Shown: positions 1 to 10,488, numbered from the stretch's first letter. The stretch: DNA of 64,000 nucleotides from Candidatus Micrarchaeota archaeon (GCA_016212475.1 JACRGC010000009.1:226556-290555), one strand, 5' to 3'. Notes: generated by a model from the letters alone, not told the origin. Made by a program: numbers and translations.

Positions 1-860
1 CTGGCATCCGTCATTTTTTTCATTTCATTGTAGAGCGTGGCATCCTCCTCTCCTCCAAATGCTATGATTTTTGCCCCTTTGCTTTTTGCCAGCTCCCCGA
101 TCAATTTTGCAAATTTATACAATGGCCAGCGCTTTTTCCAAATCCCCCCGCCTGCATGGATCCCAACGATAAAATCATTTTTTGCAATGCCATTTTCCCT
201 AAGGAAAGAATCCGCGAATTTTTCATCTTTTTTTGCCGTGAATACCCTAAGCATCCCCTTGCCTGCCTTGGTTTCAATTCCAAGGCTTCTAACCAAATCC
301 AAATAGTATTCCAACTCCAATTTGGTCCTTTTCTGGTATGCCGGGTAGGCAACTTTTTTTGTGAGCAAAAACCCCCTTCCCTCAAAATCAAACCCTATCC
401 TGCTTGGGGCGCGGGTTAGGAAAGATAAGAAAATGAAACGAAGCGCATGCTCGGAATTGATCACCAGGTCATATTTGCGCTTTTTCAATTCGCCTGCGAT
501 GTTGAATGGCGCAAATTCCTGCGTTAAAATATTTGCATTCTTTTCAGCGTCATATCCGATGATCTCATCAATGAATGGATTGTTTTTCAAAATCCTATCC
601 GCAGGGGTGCGGATCAAAAGCTCGATCCTAGCCTTTGGGAACTTTTTCCTAAGCGGCAAAAAAATCGATGAAAACAATACCGCATCCCCAATTGAGCTGT
701 GCTCTGCATGGATTACGAGGATTTTTTTTACCCCCCCAAGTTCAAGCGGCTTTTCCTTGTTGAAAAAAATATTGCCAATCGAAGTGACTGCAAACAGCGC
801 AACCTTTTTTGCAATTGCAAGTATTTTCCAAAAATACGCCCTAAAATAAACGTTTTTCAT
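1..860 (-). CDS. Glycosyltransferase family 9-like (ADP-heptose:LPS heptosyltransferase-like), partial (C-terminus beyond window start)
   Basis: Manual translation of minus strand from ATG at 858-860: MKNVYFRAYFWKILAIAKKVALFAVTSIGNIFFNKEKPLELGGVKKILVIHAEHSSIGDAVLFSS...GIHAGGGIWKKRWP, typical GT9 heptosyltransferase layout; start overlaps stop of downstream GT4 (ATGA). Not in ORF track because no stop in window. Confidence 0.55.
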   Translation of the reverse strand, partial: MKNVYFRAYFWKILAIAKKVALFAVTSIGNIFFNKEKPLELGGVKKILVIHAEHSSIGDAVLFSSIFLPLRKKFPKARIELLIRTPADRILKNNPFIDEIIGYDAEKNANILTQEFAPFNIAGELKKRKYDLVINSEHALRFIFLSFLTRAPSRIGFDFEGRGFLLTKKVAYPAYQKRTKLELEYYLDLVRSLGIETKAGKGMLRVFTAKKDEKFADSFLRENGIAKNDFIVGIHAGGGIWKKRWPLYKFAKLIGELAKSKGAKIIAFGGEEDATLYNEMKKMTDA

Positions 861-1978
861 TTATTTTGCACCAACTTAAGGTATTCCTGCTCGACTTTTT
901 TTGCAATCCCTTTCCAGCTATACTTTTTAGCTTCCTGCATCGCATTTTTGCCAAGCTTTTTCCTAAGCGCCTCGCTTTTCAAAACCTTTTCAATTTCAAT
1001 TGCCAAAAGCTTAGCATCATTTTCAACCAAAATGCCCGTTTTTCCGCTTTGGATTATTGCCCTTGGGCCATCCGATTCAATTGCTATGCAGGCAATTCCC
1101 CTGCTCATTGCCTCGAGAAGTGAAATTCCAAACGGCTCGTATTTTGATGGCATGACGTACGCTTTTGATGCATCAAGCTGTGAAATCAATTCCCTTCGAG
1201 GGATTTTACCAAAAAACAAAACCCTTTTCCCCAATCCCAAATCCACTGCCAGGTTTTTCATTGCTTTTTCTTCGCCTCCATCCGGCCCAACAACCGCCAA
1301 TTTTCCCATCCAGCCAGGAATTGCCTTCATTGTATACAAAAGCAAATCAAGCCCTTTTGCCTTTGCAATCCTGCCAACAAAAATTATCTGGTCCTTTTCC
1401 TTCCCGGTTTTTTTTGCCTTGAAGAATTCATCATCGATCCCATTTGGTATTATGCAGATTTTTTCATCCAAAACCCCTTTTTGCAAAAACCATTGTTTTT
1501 CCTGCGAATGAAGCGCAATAATTTTATCAAAATACGGCAGAGGATAAATCCCTTGCATGGCATCGTATCCCTTGACAATCATTTCAAGGATTTTCCCCCT
1601 CCCGCCTTCATGGTGGGGGGAGTGCGCAGTTAGGACAACTGGCGTTTTTGAAGTTTTCCCCTTCCAAAGCCCGAATTCAGTGTGCGGATGGCGCAGATTA
1701 TGCACATGGATTATGTCAAATCCATTGAGCTCTTTTAGCACCTGCGGCCAAAAGCTGGCAAATTTGCCTATTCTAAATAGCGGCTTAAACCTCCTAACCG
1801 CAATTCCATTGATGGTTTGGGCGGATTTGGCCAATTGTGCGCCGTCATGGCTTATTTTGGATGTGAAAACGGTTATTTCATGGCCCAATTTCTGCAACTC
1901 CAAGCTAAGCTGGTATACGTGATTTTCCATCCCGCCAACAACTGGCAGGAAAAACGGGCAAACCATTGCGATTTTCAT
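857..1978 (-). CDS. Glycosyltransferase family 4 (GT-B, group 1)
   Basis: ORF 857..2041; likely start at internal MKIAMVCPFFLPVVGGMENHV (typical GT4 N-terminus); C-terminal EX7E-like region (FGISLLEAMSRGIACIA). Confidence 0.8.
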   Translation of the reverse strand: MKIAMVCPFFLPVVGGMENHVYQLSLELQKLGHEITVFTSKISHDGAQLAKSAQTINGIAVRRFKPLFRIGKFASFWPQVLKELNGFDIIHVHNLRHPHTEFGLWKGKTSKTPVVLTAHSPHHEGGRGKILEMIVKGYDAMQGIYPLPYFDKIIALHSQEKQWFLQKGVLDEKICIIPNGIDDEFFKAKKTGKEKDQIIFVGRIAKAKGLDLLLYTMKAIPGWMGKLAVVGPDGGEEKAMKNLAVDLGLGKRVLFFGKIPRRELISQLDASKAYVMPSKYEPFGISLLEAMSRGIACIAIESDGPRAIIQSGKTGILVENDAKLLAIEIEKVLKSEALRKKLGKNAMQEAKKYSWKGIAKKVEQEYLKLVQNK

Positions 1979-2051
1979 GCTGATCAATACCTTGTGATTC
2001 TTATTTTGCAATTTATTTCTTTGTGCTTTTAAATTGCGCATTCCGGTCCTT

Positions 2052-2939
2052 TCATTTTTTCGTGCTCTTTATCTGCTTCCACTTCTCAATTCCTCCGAAG
2101 TTGAATTTCATAAAAGCCACCCCCCAAACGAGCGCTTCGATGAAAATATAAAAAATAAAATATGCGAATTGCATTGGTGTTTTGACCTTTTCATTTGCCA
2201 CCCTAAAATATGTGGGGATCTCCCCCCTCATTCCGCGCGCAATTTTGGCGGATTCCAAAAGCCCCTTCTCGTTTTTGATGTTTGCAATTTCAAGATGGCC
2301 AAAATGCGTCCTGATTTTTTGCGTCAAATAATCGTGCAAATTCTCGGCATAGCCAACATTCACAATTGCTTTTGGGGCGTAGCTTATTTCAAACCCCTTT
2401 TCCCTAACCATGCTCCCAATATAGGCGTCCTCGCTTTTCACCCCGTTTGGGATTTTCCCAATTGCGCCTTTTCTTATGGCATACAAATAGCCCGAAATCC
2501 CATGCCAATTCCGATTCTTTTCCCGTTGCCTGCTTATGCATTCTGATGCAAAGTTGCCCCACCATCCAAACATTGGGGTTTTGGCAAAATATTGCGGCCT
2601 TCCGCTTACCGCTCCTGTTTTCGGGGTCATTTTCCTAAGCAGCTCTGAAATAGATTTTGCTGGGAACGTAAGGTCGGCGTCCGTCATCACTATGATGCTT
2701 TCCTTGGCTTTTGCAAATATAATGTTGACAGCCGAGCCCTTGCCGCGCCTTTCCTTTTCAACAATCAGCCTGATCCTTTTGTTTTTCCTTGCCATTTCGC
2801 GAACTATGGGAATTGTATTATCCGTTGATCCCGAAGCTACCACAATCACTTCCGAAACCTCCCTTGGGGCAAGGCCGCTTTCGATGCTTTTCCTAATTGT
2901 CCTATCCTCGTTATATGCGGGAATTCCAACCGTTATCAT
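2052..2939 (-). CDS. Glycosyltransferase family 2 (GT-A)
   Basis: N-terminus ITVGIPAYNEDRTIRKSIES, DAD motif (VMTDADL), C-terminal TM helix. Confidence 0.8.
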   Translation of the reverse strand: MITVGIPAYNEDRTIRKSIESGLAPREVSEVIVVASGSTDNTIPIVREMARKNKRIRLIVEKERRGKGSAVNIIFAKAKESIIVMTDADLTFPAKSISELLRKMTPKTGAVSGRPQYFAKTPMFGWWGNFASECISRQREKNRNWHGISGYLYAIRKGAIGKIPNGVKSEDAYIGSMVREKGFEISYAPKAIVNVGYAENLHDYLTQKIRTHFGHLEIANIKNEKGLLESAKIARGMRGEIPTYFRVANEKVKTPMQFAYFIFYIFIEALVWGVAFMKFNFGGIEKWKQIKSTKK

Positions 2940-3107
2940 TTGCGCACCTAAAATTGCAGATTTAATGGGAAATTCAAATGGCTTTAGTGGGGCTTTTTTT
3001 AAAAGGAGCCCATGTTTTATTTAACAAACTACTCGCTTTATAAGGTTGTTTAAGATACAAATACTAAAAAATAGGGCATTTGCCTTATCTAATTCAGGGG
3101 GTAAATA

Positions 3108-5888
3108 GTGGCACTTGACATACTTGCAATATTCGTAGTTGGGTTGATTTTTTTAATTCCCGGAGTTTTGCTATCCTTAGCGCTTCTTAAGGGCGTCAAG
3201 CTCAACTTTTTCGAAAAAGCCTTCATCGGCGGGATCATAGGCTCGCTTGCAAACCCGCTTCTTTCGGTTCTGGAATTTTCCTTCTTCAAGGCCGATCTAA
3301 CTTCCAGCTTAGTCATGATCAATGCCTTCATCCTCATCCTTGCCTCCATTGTTGCCATGTTTTTGCAAAAGCAAATAAAACTGCCTGAAAACATGGGCAA
3401 ATATTTTTCAGTTGAATACCACACCAAAAAAATCGATTCGGCGCCGATGAATTATGTGATCTATGCCCTTTTGCTAATCATTATTTTAATGTCCTTTTAT
3501 GTCAGGTTTGCCTCGAGCAATGCGACGAATTTCTTTGAATTTGATCCCTACTATTATGACAAGGTAACCGAGCTCGTAGTAACAGAGGGCCACGCTCCCC
3601 TAGTCAGCCAAATCTCGTATTTCCCAAGGGCAAGGAGCTTTAGGGAGCTTCCAATAATCCATTACATGACCGGCAGCTGGTACTTGCTCTACCAAGGCTT
3701 TACCGGCAAAGCATATTTGCAAAATGACTTAATACAAGTAATCCAGTTCTATCCGCCCCTTGTTGCTATGTTCATGGTGTTTTTGGCGTTCCTGTTCATC
3801 AAGGAAGAATCCAACATTTATTTGGGCCTAATAGCCGCTGCAATGTTTGCATTTACTCCCCAGCTTATAAAAAAACTGGGCGCCGGAGTAACCGAGCAAT
3901 CGCCCCTTGGAATATTTGCGGCAATGTTCATATTCTGCGCCTACGCCCTGGCAGTCAATCGGAAAAGCAACAGATTGGCGCTCCTTACCGTATTTTCAAT
4001 AATTATTGCATTCCTTGGCTCGGCGCACAACGTCTGGCCAATCATGATATTATCCGCTTTCATTTTTGTGACTTCCATTTTGGATTTTTACCTATCAGAA
4101 CTAACGCTTCGGGATGTCAAAATCAATCTTCTAATAGGGTCTACGGGCCTTATTGCCAATGCGATATTCCTTCTATACCGTGAAACGGCAATCAATCCAT
4201 TTATTTTCAATCCTGCAATCCTTTTCCTGTTTGCTGCTGCAATCCCTTCGCTGGTATTATATTATTCGCAAAAAATCCACTTCCTGAAAAAATATTCGAA
4301 GCCACAAATTCTTGGCGCATTTATGGCATTGCTTATATTTATCGTCCTAATAACGCCCCTTTCAACAATTGCCTTTGGGTTTGTCAATTCCCTACTTAGA
4401 TATGCAAAGGCGGATACTCCGCTAAACAGGACAGTTCAGGAGGAAAATGCAACTTCGGAGGGGCTATTTGGCTCATCTTTTGGAGTGCTAAATCCAAACC
4501 AGCTGCTCTTGATTTCAACTGTTTTGCTGATTGGGTATGCTGCGCTTTCTCTTAAGAAAAAAGGCTACCAGTTTTCACTAGCCTACCTAACCGGCGCTTT
4601 CATAATAATTTTCCTAAACAAGCAAATCGATTGGTTCTTTTCAATAATTGCAGATTTGCTTTCGGGCTCTCAGCCGGCGATTTCACAATTATTCAGGTTC
4701 ATAATCGAAGGCGATGTTTTCCTCTACCTGATTATTTCATTCATTTCCGTTTGCATTGTTTACCTCTACGAGGAAAAACGCTCAAGGATGACTTTGCTTT
4801 TCCTTCTTGCATTCTTCCCAACCGCCTACATCGGCCTATCAAAAGTCAAATACCTGCTCCATTTGGCGTTTGCAGTTGCACTTGCATTGCCCTTCGTTCT
4901 GATGATTTTTAGCGAACTTTTAACAAGGCTCAATTCCGAATTCAAACTGATCGCAAATGATAGCACCCTAAAAAGCGGGATTTTGGTGTTTGTTTTAATC
5001 ATAGGGGCCACTGCCGCATACAAGCAATATGAAACCACCTCCCAATCCATGCAAGAGCTTCAATACTCTAGAATGTCGTCGGATTGGACCGAAACAACAA
5101 GCTGGATGCACGCAAACCTTGGCAAAAACTACCGCATCATTTCCTGGTGGGACTATGGCCACTGGACAACCTTCTTTGGGGGGACCAACACGGTTTTGGA
5201 CCCAAGCAATTACTTTGGCGATTACGATCAATTAACTGCAACTGCCTTTGTCGAAGGCGATGCCAAGCGCTTAATAAAAATAATGAAATACCACAATGCA
5301 ACGCACATACTTTTGGATTCCGAGCTGGTTCCCAAATGGGGCGCCCTTGTCTACCTTTCCGGAACATTCAAAGGGCTATCCGATGATCCCCAATTTGACA
5401 GGGTTCCTTTTATTCCATCCACGAGTTCGCCGGGCTCTTCGGAATATGAAACAGAGCATTATTTTGAATATGTTTACCAGGTCCTAACGCAGGCTTCTGA
5501 TGGGTCGTTTAAGCCAACCGCCTGCCCTGGCATCATACAAAAGCAGATGCTCTATTCCTCATTTGGGGCCGCCTATTGCATAGATTCAACCGGCAACCTG
5601 AATTTGCTTGGCCAAAACGGCGAGCAAAAACCCGTCAATTGGAGCCCAATCCCAACCGGCGATACCGGTGTTGCGCCAGCGCCCCTTGGGAACAACTTAT
5701 TTTTCAACCAGCGCTACAGCTTCATAAATGTCAACCCCGATCTTAACGCAATCACAAACGGAAGGCTTACCAGCAAACTTATCAATTCGCCTTTCGTCAA
5801 CTTGTTCTTCTACGAAAAGCTTGAGGGGTTTGAACTTGCGCACAAATCGCCAAACGGCCAGGTCAAAATTTTCAAATTGGTAGCTTAG
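3108..5888 (+). CDS. aglB: Archaeal oligosaccharyltransferase AglB (STT3 family)
   Basis: 926 aa, ~13 N-terminal TM helices, diagnostic WWDYGHW motif; GTG start preceded by AGGGGG SD-like sequence. Confidence 0.9.
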   Translation: MALDILAIFVVGLIFLIPGVLLSLALLKGVKLNFFEKAFIGGIIGSLANPLLSVLEFSFFKADLTSSLVMINAFILILASIVAMFLQKQIKLPENMGKYFSVEYHTKKIDSAPMNYVIYALLLIIILMSFYVRFASSNATNFFEFDPYYYDKVTELVVTEGHAPLVSQISYFPRARSFRELPIIHYMTGSWYLLYQGFTGKAYLQNDLIQVIQFYPPLVAMFMVFLAFLFIKEESNIYLGLIAAAMFAFTPQLIKKLGAGVTEQSPLGIFAAMFIFCAYALAVNRKSNRLALLTVFSIIIAFLGSAHNVWPIMILSAFIFVTSILDFYLSELTLRDVKINLLIGSTGLIANAIFLLYRETAINPFIFNPAILFLFAAAIPSLVLYYSQKIHFLKKYSKPQILGAFMALLIFIVLITPLSTIAFGFVNSLLRYAKADTPLNRTVQEENATSEGLFGSSFGVLNPNQLLLISTVLLIGYAALSLKKKGYQFSLAYLTGAFIIIFLNKQIDWFFSIIADLLSGSQPAISQLFRFIIEGDVFLYLIISFISVCIVYLYEEKRSRMTLLFLLAFFPTAYIGLSKVKYLLHLAFAVALALPFVLMIFSELLTRLNSEFKLIANDSTLKSGILVFVLIIGATAAYKQYETTSQSMQELQYSRMSSDWTETTSWMHANLGKNYRIISWWDYGHWTTFFGGTNTVLDPSNYFGDYDQLTATAFVEGDAKRLIKIMKYHNATHILLDSELVPKWGALVYLSGTFKGLSDDPQFDRVPFIPSTSSPGSSEYETEHYFEYVYQVLTQASDGSFKPTACPGIIQKQMLYSSFGAAYCIDSTGNLNLLGQNGEQKPVNWSPIPTGDTGVAPAPLGNNLFFNQRYSFINVNPDLNAITNGRLTSKLINSPFVNLFFYEKLEGFELAHKSPNGQVKIFKLVA

Positions 5889-5907
5889 GTAAATTCAGTG
5901 AGGAAAA

Positions 5908-6873
5908 ATGTCTGAAATAATTTGGTGGCTGCTTCCTTTCATACTTGCAGGCTCATTCCTAACCGCCCTAATCACAACAAAATTCGTCATATTCAATTCC
6001 AAGCGTGCAAACATAGTTGGGACGGATAAAAACAAGGTCGGCGAACTTGTCCCTGAAATGGGCGGAATTGCAGTAGTTGCCGGAACTTCACTTGGAATTT
6101 TAATTGCAATTGCCCTTGGCTTTAATTTCAAAATAGATATTCAGGTATTGCTGGCCGCCATTTCAACCGTAGTAATAATGGGAATTCTTGGAATAATCGA
6201 TGACCTCTATTCCTTGAAGCAAAAAATAAAAGCGCCAATACCATTCATTGCAGCAATTCCTCTTTCGGCAGTTAGGGCAGGGCCCACGCGCACAGTTTCC
6301 CTGCCTTTTCTTGACGGGATAAATTTCGGGTCGTTCTACCCTCTTGTCATAGTCCCATTAGGTGTTGGCGGGGCGTCCAATGCATTCAACATGCTAGCTG
6401 GTCTCAATGGGCTTGAAGCTGGAATGGGCGCAATAATTTCACTTGCAATTTTCATTGCCGCATTCATGAAGGGCTCGTTCGAAGCGATGATAATTTCCCT
6501 TTCATTATTTTCAGCCTGCATAGCATTCCTAATCTACAACAAATTCCCAGCCAAGGTATTTCCCGGCGATGTTGGCACCTACACAATAGGGGGCACAATT
6601 GCGTGCGCAGTAATAGTTGGCAACCTCGAATTTTTCGGGCTGGTGTTGTTTGCGCCATATTTCCTCGAATTCCTAATAAAGGCAAGGAATCGCTTCAGGG
6701 GCCAAAACTATGGTGAATTGAAAAATGGAATCCTGCACTCCCCAAAAAAACCCGAATCTTTGACTCATTATGTTATGAAACTAGCGCCCATGTCCGAAGG
6801 AAAAGTGGTGGCAGTTTTTTGGATTTTTGAAATTGCGCTCTCAACTATTGCACTTTTGTTCTTTGTCTACTAG
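5908..6873 (+). CDS. UDP-GlcNAc:dolichyl-phosphate GlcNAc-1-phosphate transferase-like (MraY/WecA/AglH family)
   Basis: Polytopic membrane protein with IIDDLYSL and NAFNMLAGLNGLEAG motifs characteristic of the polyprenyl-phosphate N-acetylhexosamine-1-P transferase family; SD GAGGAAAA upstream. Confidence 0.7.
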   Translation: MSEIIWWLLPFILAGSFLTALITTKFVIFNSKRANIVGTDKNKVGELVPEMGGIAVVAGTSLGILIAIALGFNFKIDIQVLLAAISTVVIMGILGIIDDLYSLKQKIKAPIPFIAAIPLSAVRAGPTRTVSLPFLDGINFGSFYPLVIVPLGVGGASNAFNMLAGLNGLEAGMGAIISLAIFIAAFMKGSFEAMIISLSLFSACIAFLIYNKFPAKVFPGDVGTYTIGGTIACAVIVGNLEFFGLVLFAPYFLEFLIKARNRFRGQNYGELKNGILHSPKKPESLTHYVMKLAPMSEGKVVAVFWIFEIALSTIALLFFVY

Positions 6874-6975
6874 CAGCTGGTTCGAAACCCATCCATTCTG
6901 TTTCTATATCGCCAATTTAGCCTCGATTTTTTTCTATGAAACAAATAATAATTCCTACCATCTAATGATTCCCAT

Positions 6976-8718
6976 ATGGCAACTTATCTTTATTCCACGG
7001 CAAAATCGCAGGCGCAGGAACTTGCCTATGAATCTGTTTGCGATCTCTTCGGCGCAATCCTTCCTGCTAGTTCAATAGAAATCACGCGTCCAAAAGACGA
7101 ATCCCTTGGCGACTATTCCTGCCCTATTTCCTTCAAGCTTGCAACCTCGCTTCGAAACTCGCCAAATGAGATTTCGCAAAAACTTGCAAATTCAATTTCG
7201 GGCAAAATTTCCAAATCATATTTTTCACAAATCTCATCAAACGGGGGGTTCATCAATTTCCGCCTATCGGATAAATATTTCAAGGAAGGCATTTCCGAAA
7301 TAAAAAAGAAAAAGGATGAATTTGGAAAAAACAATGTTGGAAGGGGGAAAAAGGCAATAGTCGAATTCTCCTCCCCAAACATCGGAAAGCCGATGCATAT
7401 CGGGCACATCCGCTCGACCATCCTTGGGGATTGCGTTGCCAGGGTTTTGAAATTCAACGGCTATTCCGTAATTTCCAGCAATTATTTATGCGAAGCTGGC
7501 TTGCAAACCGCAAAACTTTTGCTCTCAGTGCAATTATTCGGGACTGAAAAGATTGAAACCGAAAAGGATCTGCTTGCGCTTTATGTCAAAATCCACCAAG
7601 AAATGGAAAAAAACCCGGATTTGGAAAAAAAGGCGCAGGAACTGGTCCTTAAGATGGAAACTGGCGATAAAAAGACACTAAAAGAGCTTTCAATGATAAG
7701 AAAGCTCAGCATCAAGCCATTCGATCGCAACTACAAAGTTTTGGATATAGATTTTACCGAGCAGGTGTTCGATTCTGACTATGTGGAAGAAGGGCGTTTG
7801 ATTGTTGAGGACGCGGTTTCAAAGCAAATAGCTTTCCGGGATAAAACCGGCGAAACCGTAGCAAATCTTGAGCAATTCAACCTTCCAAACCTTGTAGTTC
7901 TAAGGTCCAATGGCACAACCCTGTATTCCACCCGCGACCTTGGGCTTGCAAGCCGCGATTTCAAAAAATACAAATTTGACCTGCGTATTTATGTCACGGC
8001 CTCTGAACAGAATTTGCATTTCCAGCAGGTGTTTGCAATCCTTAGCGCCCTCCAAAAGCCATTTGCTAAAAATTTGCGCCACATAGGGTTTGGAATCATC
8101 TCCCTTGAGGATGGCAAGCTCTCAACCAGGGAAGGCAGGGTGCTATTGCTTGAGGATGTGATAAACGATTCGATTTCCCTAGCTCTTCTTGAAGTCAAGC
8201 AACGGCAGGATTATTCGGATAGGGAAGCGCTGGAAATTGCAGCAAAAGTTGGAATTGCCGCCCTAAAATATTCAATTCTTAAGATCTCATCCGAAAAGGA
8301 CATAAAATTCTCGCTTCGGGAAGCTGTCAAATTCGATGGCAATACAGCTGCATATCTGCAATATACGTGCGTTCGCGCAAAGAACATTTTGGCAAAAGCA
8401 AATGAAGGGTTGCCAATTCCTTCTCCTTCAAAAAATCGCCAATATTCATTCACATCCGAAGAGCGCAAACTGGTTTTGATGCTATCGCAATTCCCAGAAG
8501 TTGTGGGGCATAGCGCAAGGAACCTAACCCCCTACCTACTTTGCGAATATTTATTCAAATTAGCGCTCTCATTCTCGTCCTTTTATGACAAATCCGCTGT
8601 TTTGAAGGCGGAATCAACTGAAGCTAGGACAATTAGGCTTGAGATTGTCAAATCCCTCGAATCCGTGATGACAAGCGGGCTGAATCTGCTTGGGATAAAT
8701 GTTCCGGCTAAAATGTAG
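6976..8718 (+). CDS. argS: Arginyl-tRNA synthetase
   Basis: Class I HIGH motif (PNIGKPMHIGHIRSTILGD), ArgRS-type N-terminal add-1 region (GDYSCPISFKLA), DALR-like anticodon-binding C-terminus. Confidence 0.85.
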   Translation: MATYLYSTAKSQAQELAYESVCDLFGAILPASSIEITRPKDESLGDYSCPISFKLATSLRNSPNEISQKLANSISGKISKSYFSQISSNGGFINFRLSDKYFKEGISEIKKKKDEFGKNNVGRGKKAIVEFSSPNIGKPMHIGHIRSTILGDCVARVLKFNGYSVISSNYLCEAGLQTAKLLLSVQLFGTEKIETEKDLLALYVKIHQEMEKNPDLEKKAQELVLKMETGDKKTLKELSMIRKLSIKPFDRNYKVLDIDFTEQVFDSDYVEEGRLIVEDAVSKQIAFRDKTGETVANLEQFNLPNLVVLRSNGTTLYSTRDLGLASRDFKKYKFDLRIYVTASEQNLHFQQVFAILSALQKPFAKNLRHIGFGIISLEDGKLSTREGRVLLLEDVINDSISLALLEVKQRQDYSDREALEIAAKVGIAALKYSILKISSEKDIKFSLREAVKFDGNTAAYLQYTCVRAKNILAKANEGLPIPSPSKNRQYSFTSEERKLVLMLSQFPEVVGHSARNLTPYLLCEYLFKLALSFSSFYDKSAVLKAESTEARTIRLEIVKSLESVMTSGLNLLGINVPAKM

Positions 8719-8748
8719 GCGGTAAATCAAAAAAAAGAAAAAATCCCT
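8719..8748 (-). terminator. T-rich tract downstream of alba (archaeal oligo-T terminator candidate)
   Basis: Minus-strand sequence GGGATTTTTTCTTTTTTTTGATTT immediately after alba stop. Confidence 0.4.
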
Positions 8749-9036
8749 TCAAGGCTTCGTGATTGTAATATCCATGCTCGAAACCTTGCTCATCCTTCCA
8801 TCTTCCGAAGCAACATCCTCAGTTGAGATGTCAATTCCCTTGATTAGCATATTTGGCATGAACCTGTTTTTCACAATTTGGGTTATATCGACGGCTTTGC
8901 TAATGCTCCTTCCCCTTGCCTTCACGTGGATTTCATTGATTCCTTGGTTGAATTGGGAAACAACCGCTAAAACGTATGCCATCGTGTCTTTTTTCCCAAC
9001 GTAGATGATGTTCTTGTCCCCTTCTTGCATAAGCAA
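8749..9036 (-). CDS. alba: Alba (Sso10b) DNA/RNA-binding protein
   Basis: 95 aa; IYVGKK..MAYVLAVVSQFNQG..IHVKARGRSISKAVDITQIVKNRF matches Alba family signature. Confidence 0.8.
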   Translation of the reverse strand: MLMQEGDKNIIYVGKKDTMAYVLAVVSQFNQGINEIHVKARGRSISKAVDITQIVKNRFMPNMLIKGIDISTEDVASEDGRMSKVSSMDITITKP

Positions 9037-9125
9037 TCCCCTCTTGTTTTTGTTGTTGTTTGTTTGCGCCCGATTTGTATGTAAAAGTTAAACTGGAGCT
9101 AAATTAATAATTGCATTCCTTTGGC

Positions 9126-9617
9126 CTACTTTATTTGCGAATCGTACATGCCCGAGTCGATTTCCTTTTCCACATCGCGCGGCTCTTTTCCTTCAACCGT
9201 AACGCCCATGCTCTTGCATGTGCCAACGATTTCCTTGACGAGCGCTTTTAGCGTTTTTGCATGGTTGGAATCTTTTTTCATGTGCGCAACATTCGCGCAC
9301 TGCGCAATTGTCATGTTCCCCATGATCCTCTTGCCCTTGGCGCCTGCCTCTTCCTTGACATTTTCAGTGATTCCCATCTCCTTTTTGATAAGCGCCGAAA
9401 CCGGTGGGGTTCCAACTGAAATTTCAAATTCCTTTGAATCAGTATCGACAATTACCTTCACAGGCACTTGCATTCCCTTGAAGGCAGCTGTTTTTTCATT
9501 GATTTGCGCAAGCACTTGCTGAATGTTTACCTTTGCAGCCCCAAGCGCTGGCCCAAGAGGCGGCCCAGCTGTAGCTTTTCCTCCTTCAACCATTGCCGGA
9601 ACAGTTAATTTTCCCAT
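9126..9617 (-). CDS. rpl11: 50S ribosomal protein L11
   Basis: PPLGPALGAAKVNIQQV..; full-length L11 N- and C-domains. Confidence 0.9.
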   Translation of the reverse strand: MGKLTVPAMVEGGKATAGPPLGPALGAAKVNIQQVLAQINEKTAAFKGMQVPVKVIVDTDSKEFEISVGTPPVSALIKKEMGITENVKEEAGAKGKRIMGNMTIAQCANVAHMKKDSNHAKTLKALVKEIVGTCKSMGVTVEGKEPRDVEKEIDSGMYDSQIK

Positions 9618-9632
9618 TTAAATTCACCTAAG

Positions 9633-10067
9633 TTATTGCGGTAGCAATTTTATCGTATTGATTTTGATAGTTACGGGTATTGGCACTGCAACTTCAACCA
9701 GCTCTACAATCACATCCTCCTTTTCCCGAAGGATTTTGACGATTTTTGCCTTTTCTCCCTTGAATGGGCCCGATGTGATTTCAACCAGTTGCCCCTCTTC
9801 AATTGCAAGTTCAGCCGGCTTGCTCTCAAGCATATCCTTTAGCTCTTCGATTTGCATCGGCTTATGCAGCATGCTCTTTACGTGCGGAACATTTGTGATC
9901 AATCTTTTTGCTTCAATTTCATTTTCAGCTTCCGCAATCAAATACCCCTTCAAATACGGGCTTACGATTATGGATTTGACCGGTATTTGGTTCTTCTTGA
10001 CCTTTTCATACAAAAGATCAGCTACTATGTTTTCCTGGCCCGATGTGACACGAAATGCGAACAACAT
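9633..10067 (-). CDS. spt5: Transcription elongation factor Spt5 (NusG homologue)
   Basis: NGN domain (MLFAFRVTSGQENIVADLL) plus C-terminal KOW (GQLVEITSGPFKGEKAKIVKI); conserved secE-spt5-rpl11 order. Confidence 0.85.
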   Translation of the reverse strand: MLFAFRVTSGQENIVADLLYEKVKKNQIPVKSIIVSPYLKGYLIAEAENEIEAKRLITNVPHVKSMLHKPMQIEELKDMLESKPAELAIEEGQLVEITSGPFKGEKAKIVKILREKEDVIVELVEVAVPIPVTIKINTIKLLPQ

Positions 10068-10077
10068 TCAATTCCAC

Positions 10078-10326
10078 CTACAATCCCTTTGCAAGATTTG
10101 CAAACATATGAATCAAAAATCCGATGATGCCAACAACTGCAATCCCAATTCCCGTGCTGATTGCAATCTGCTTGAACTCTGGGCCAGCTGGCTTATGCGT
10201 AACATTCAAAACACGCTGCGATTGCGCAATGAACTCATTTAGCATTGCCCCCAAATCATTCAAAGCCATTTTTTTCCACCCAAAGTTTTTTCCAATCCCT
10301 TTTCCAATTTTTGCATTTACCAGCAT
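10078..10326 (-). CDS. secE: Preprotein translocase subunit SecE / Sec61-gamma
   Basis: 82 aa, single C-terminal TM helix, position directly upstream of spt5-rpl11. Confidence 0.7.
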   Translation of the reverse strand: MLVNAKIGKGIGKNFGWKKMALNDLGAMLNEFIAQSQRVLNVTHKPAGPEFKQIAISTGIGIAVVGIIGFLIHMFANLAKGL

Positions 10327-10488
10327 ATTTCAAAATAAAGGTAAAAGCAACAAATAAAACGGATTGAAAAAATAAGTGTATTTGTTAGGCGAATGAAGGT
10401 TTTTAATGGTTTTTATGTGCTATTTGCCGCCTAAGAAGAGCGGGCCGATACCTTCATGGACTCAAAAAGAAGAAAATAATTGCTCAAA

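Noticed and set aside
37-1511. Plus-strand ORFs (37..306, 156..419, 361..849, 699..1511, 866..1123, 1165..1422)
   Set aside because: Antisense to the GT9-like and GT4 genes. Translations are low-complexity with no domain signal. The minus-strand frames give clear glycosyltransferase sequences.
6871-6900. GGTTCGAAACC, a tRNA T-loop-like sequence just after the 5908..6873 gene
   Set aside because: Flanking sequence cannot form a T-stem (GCTGG vs CCCAT) or an acceptor stem. Not a tRNA.
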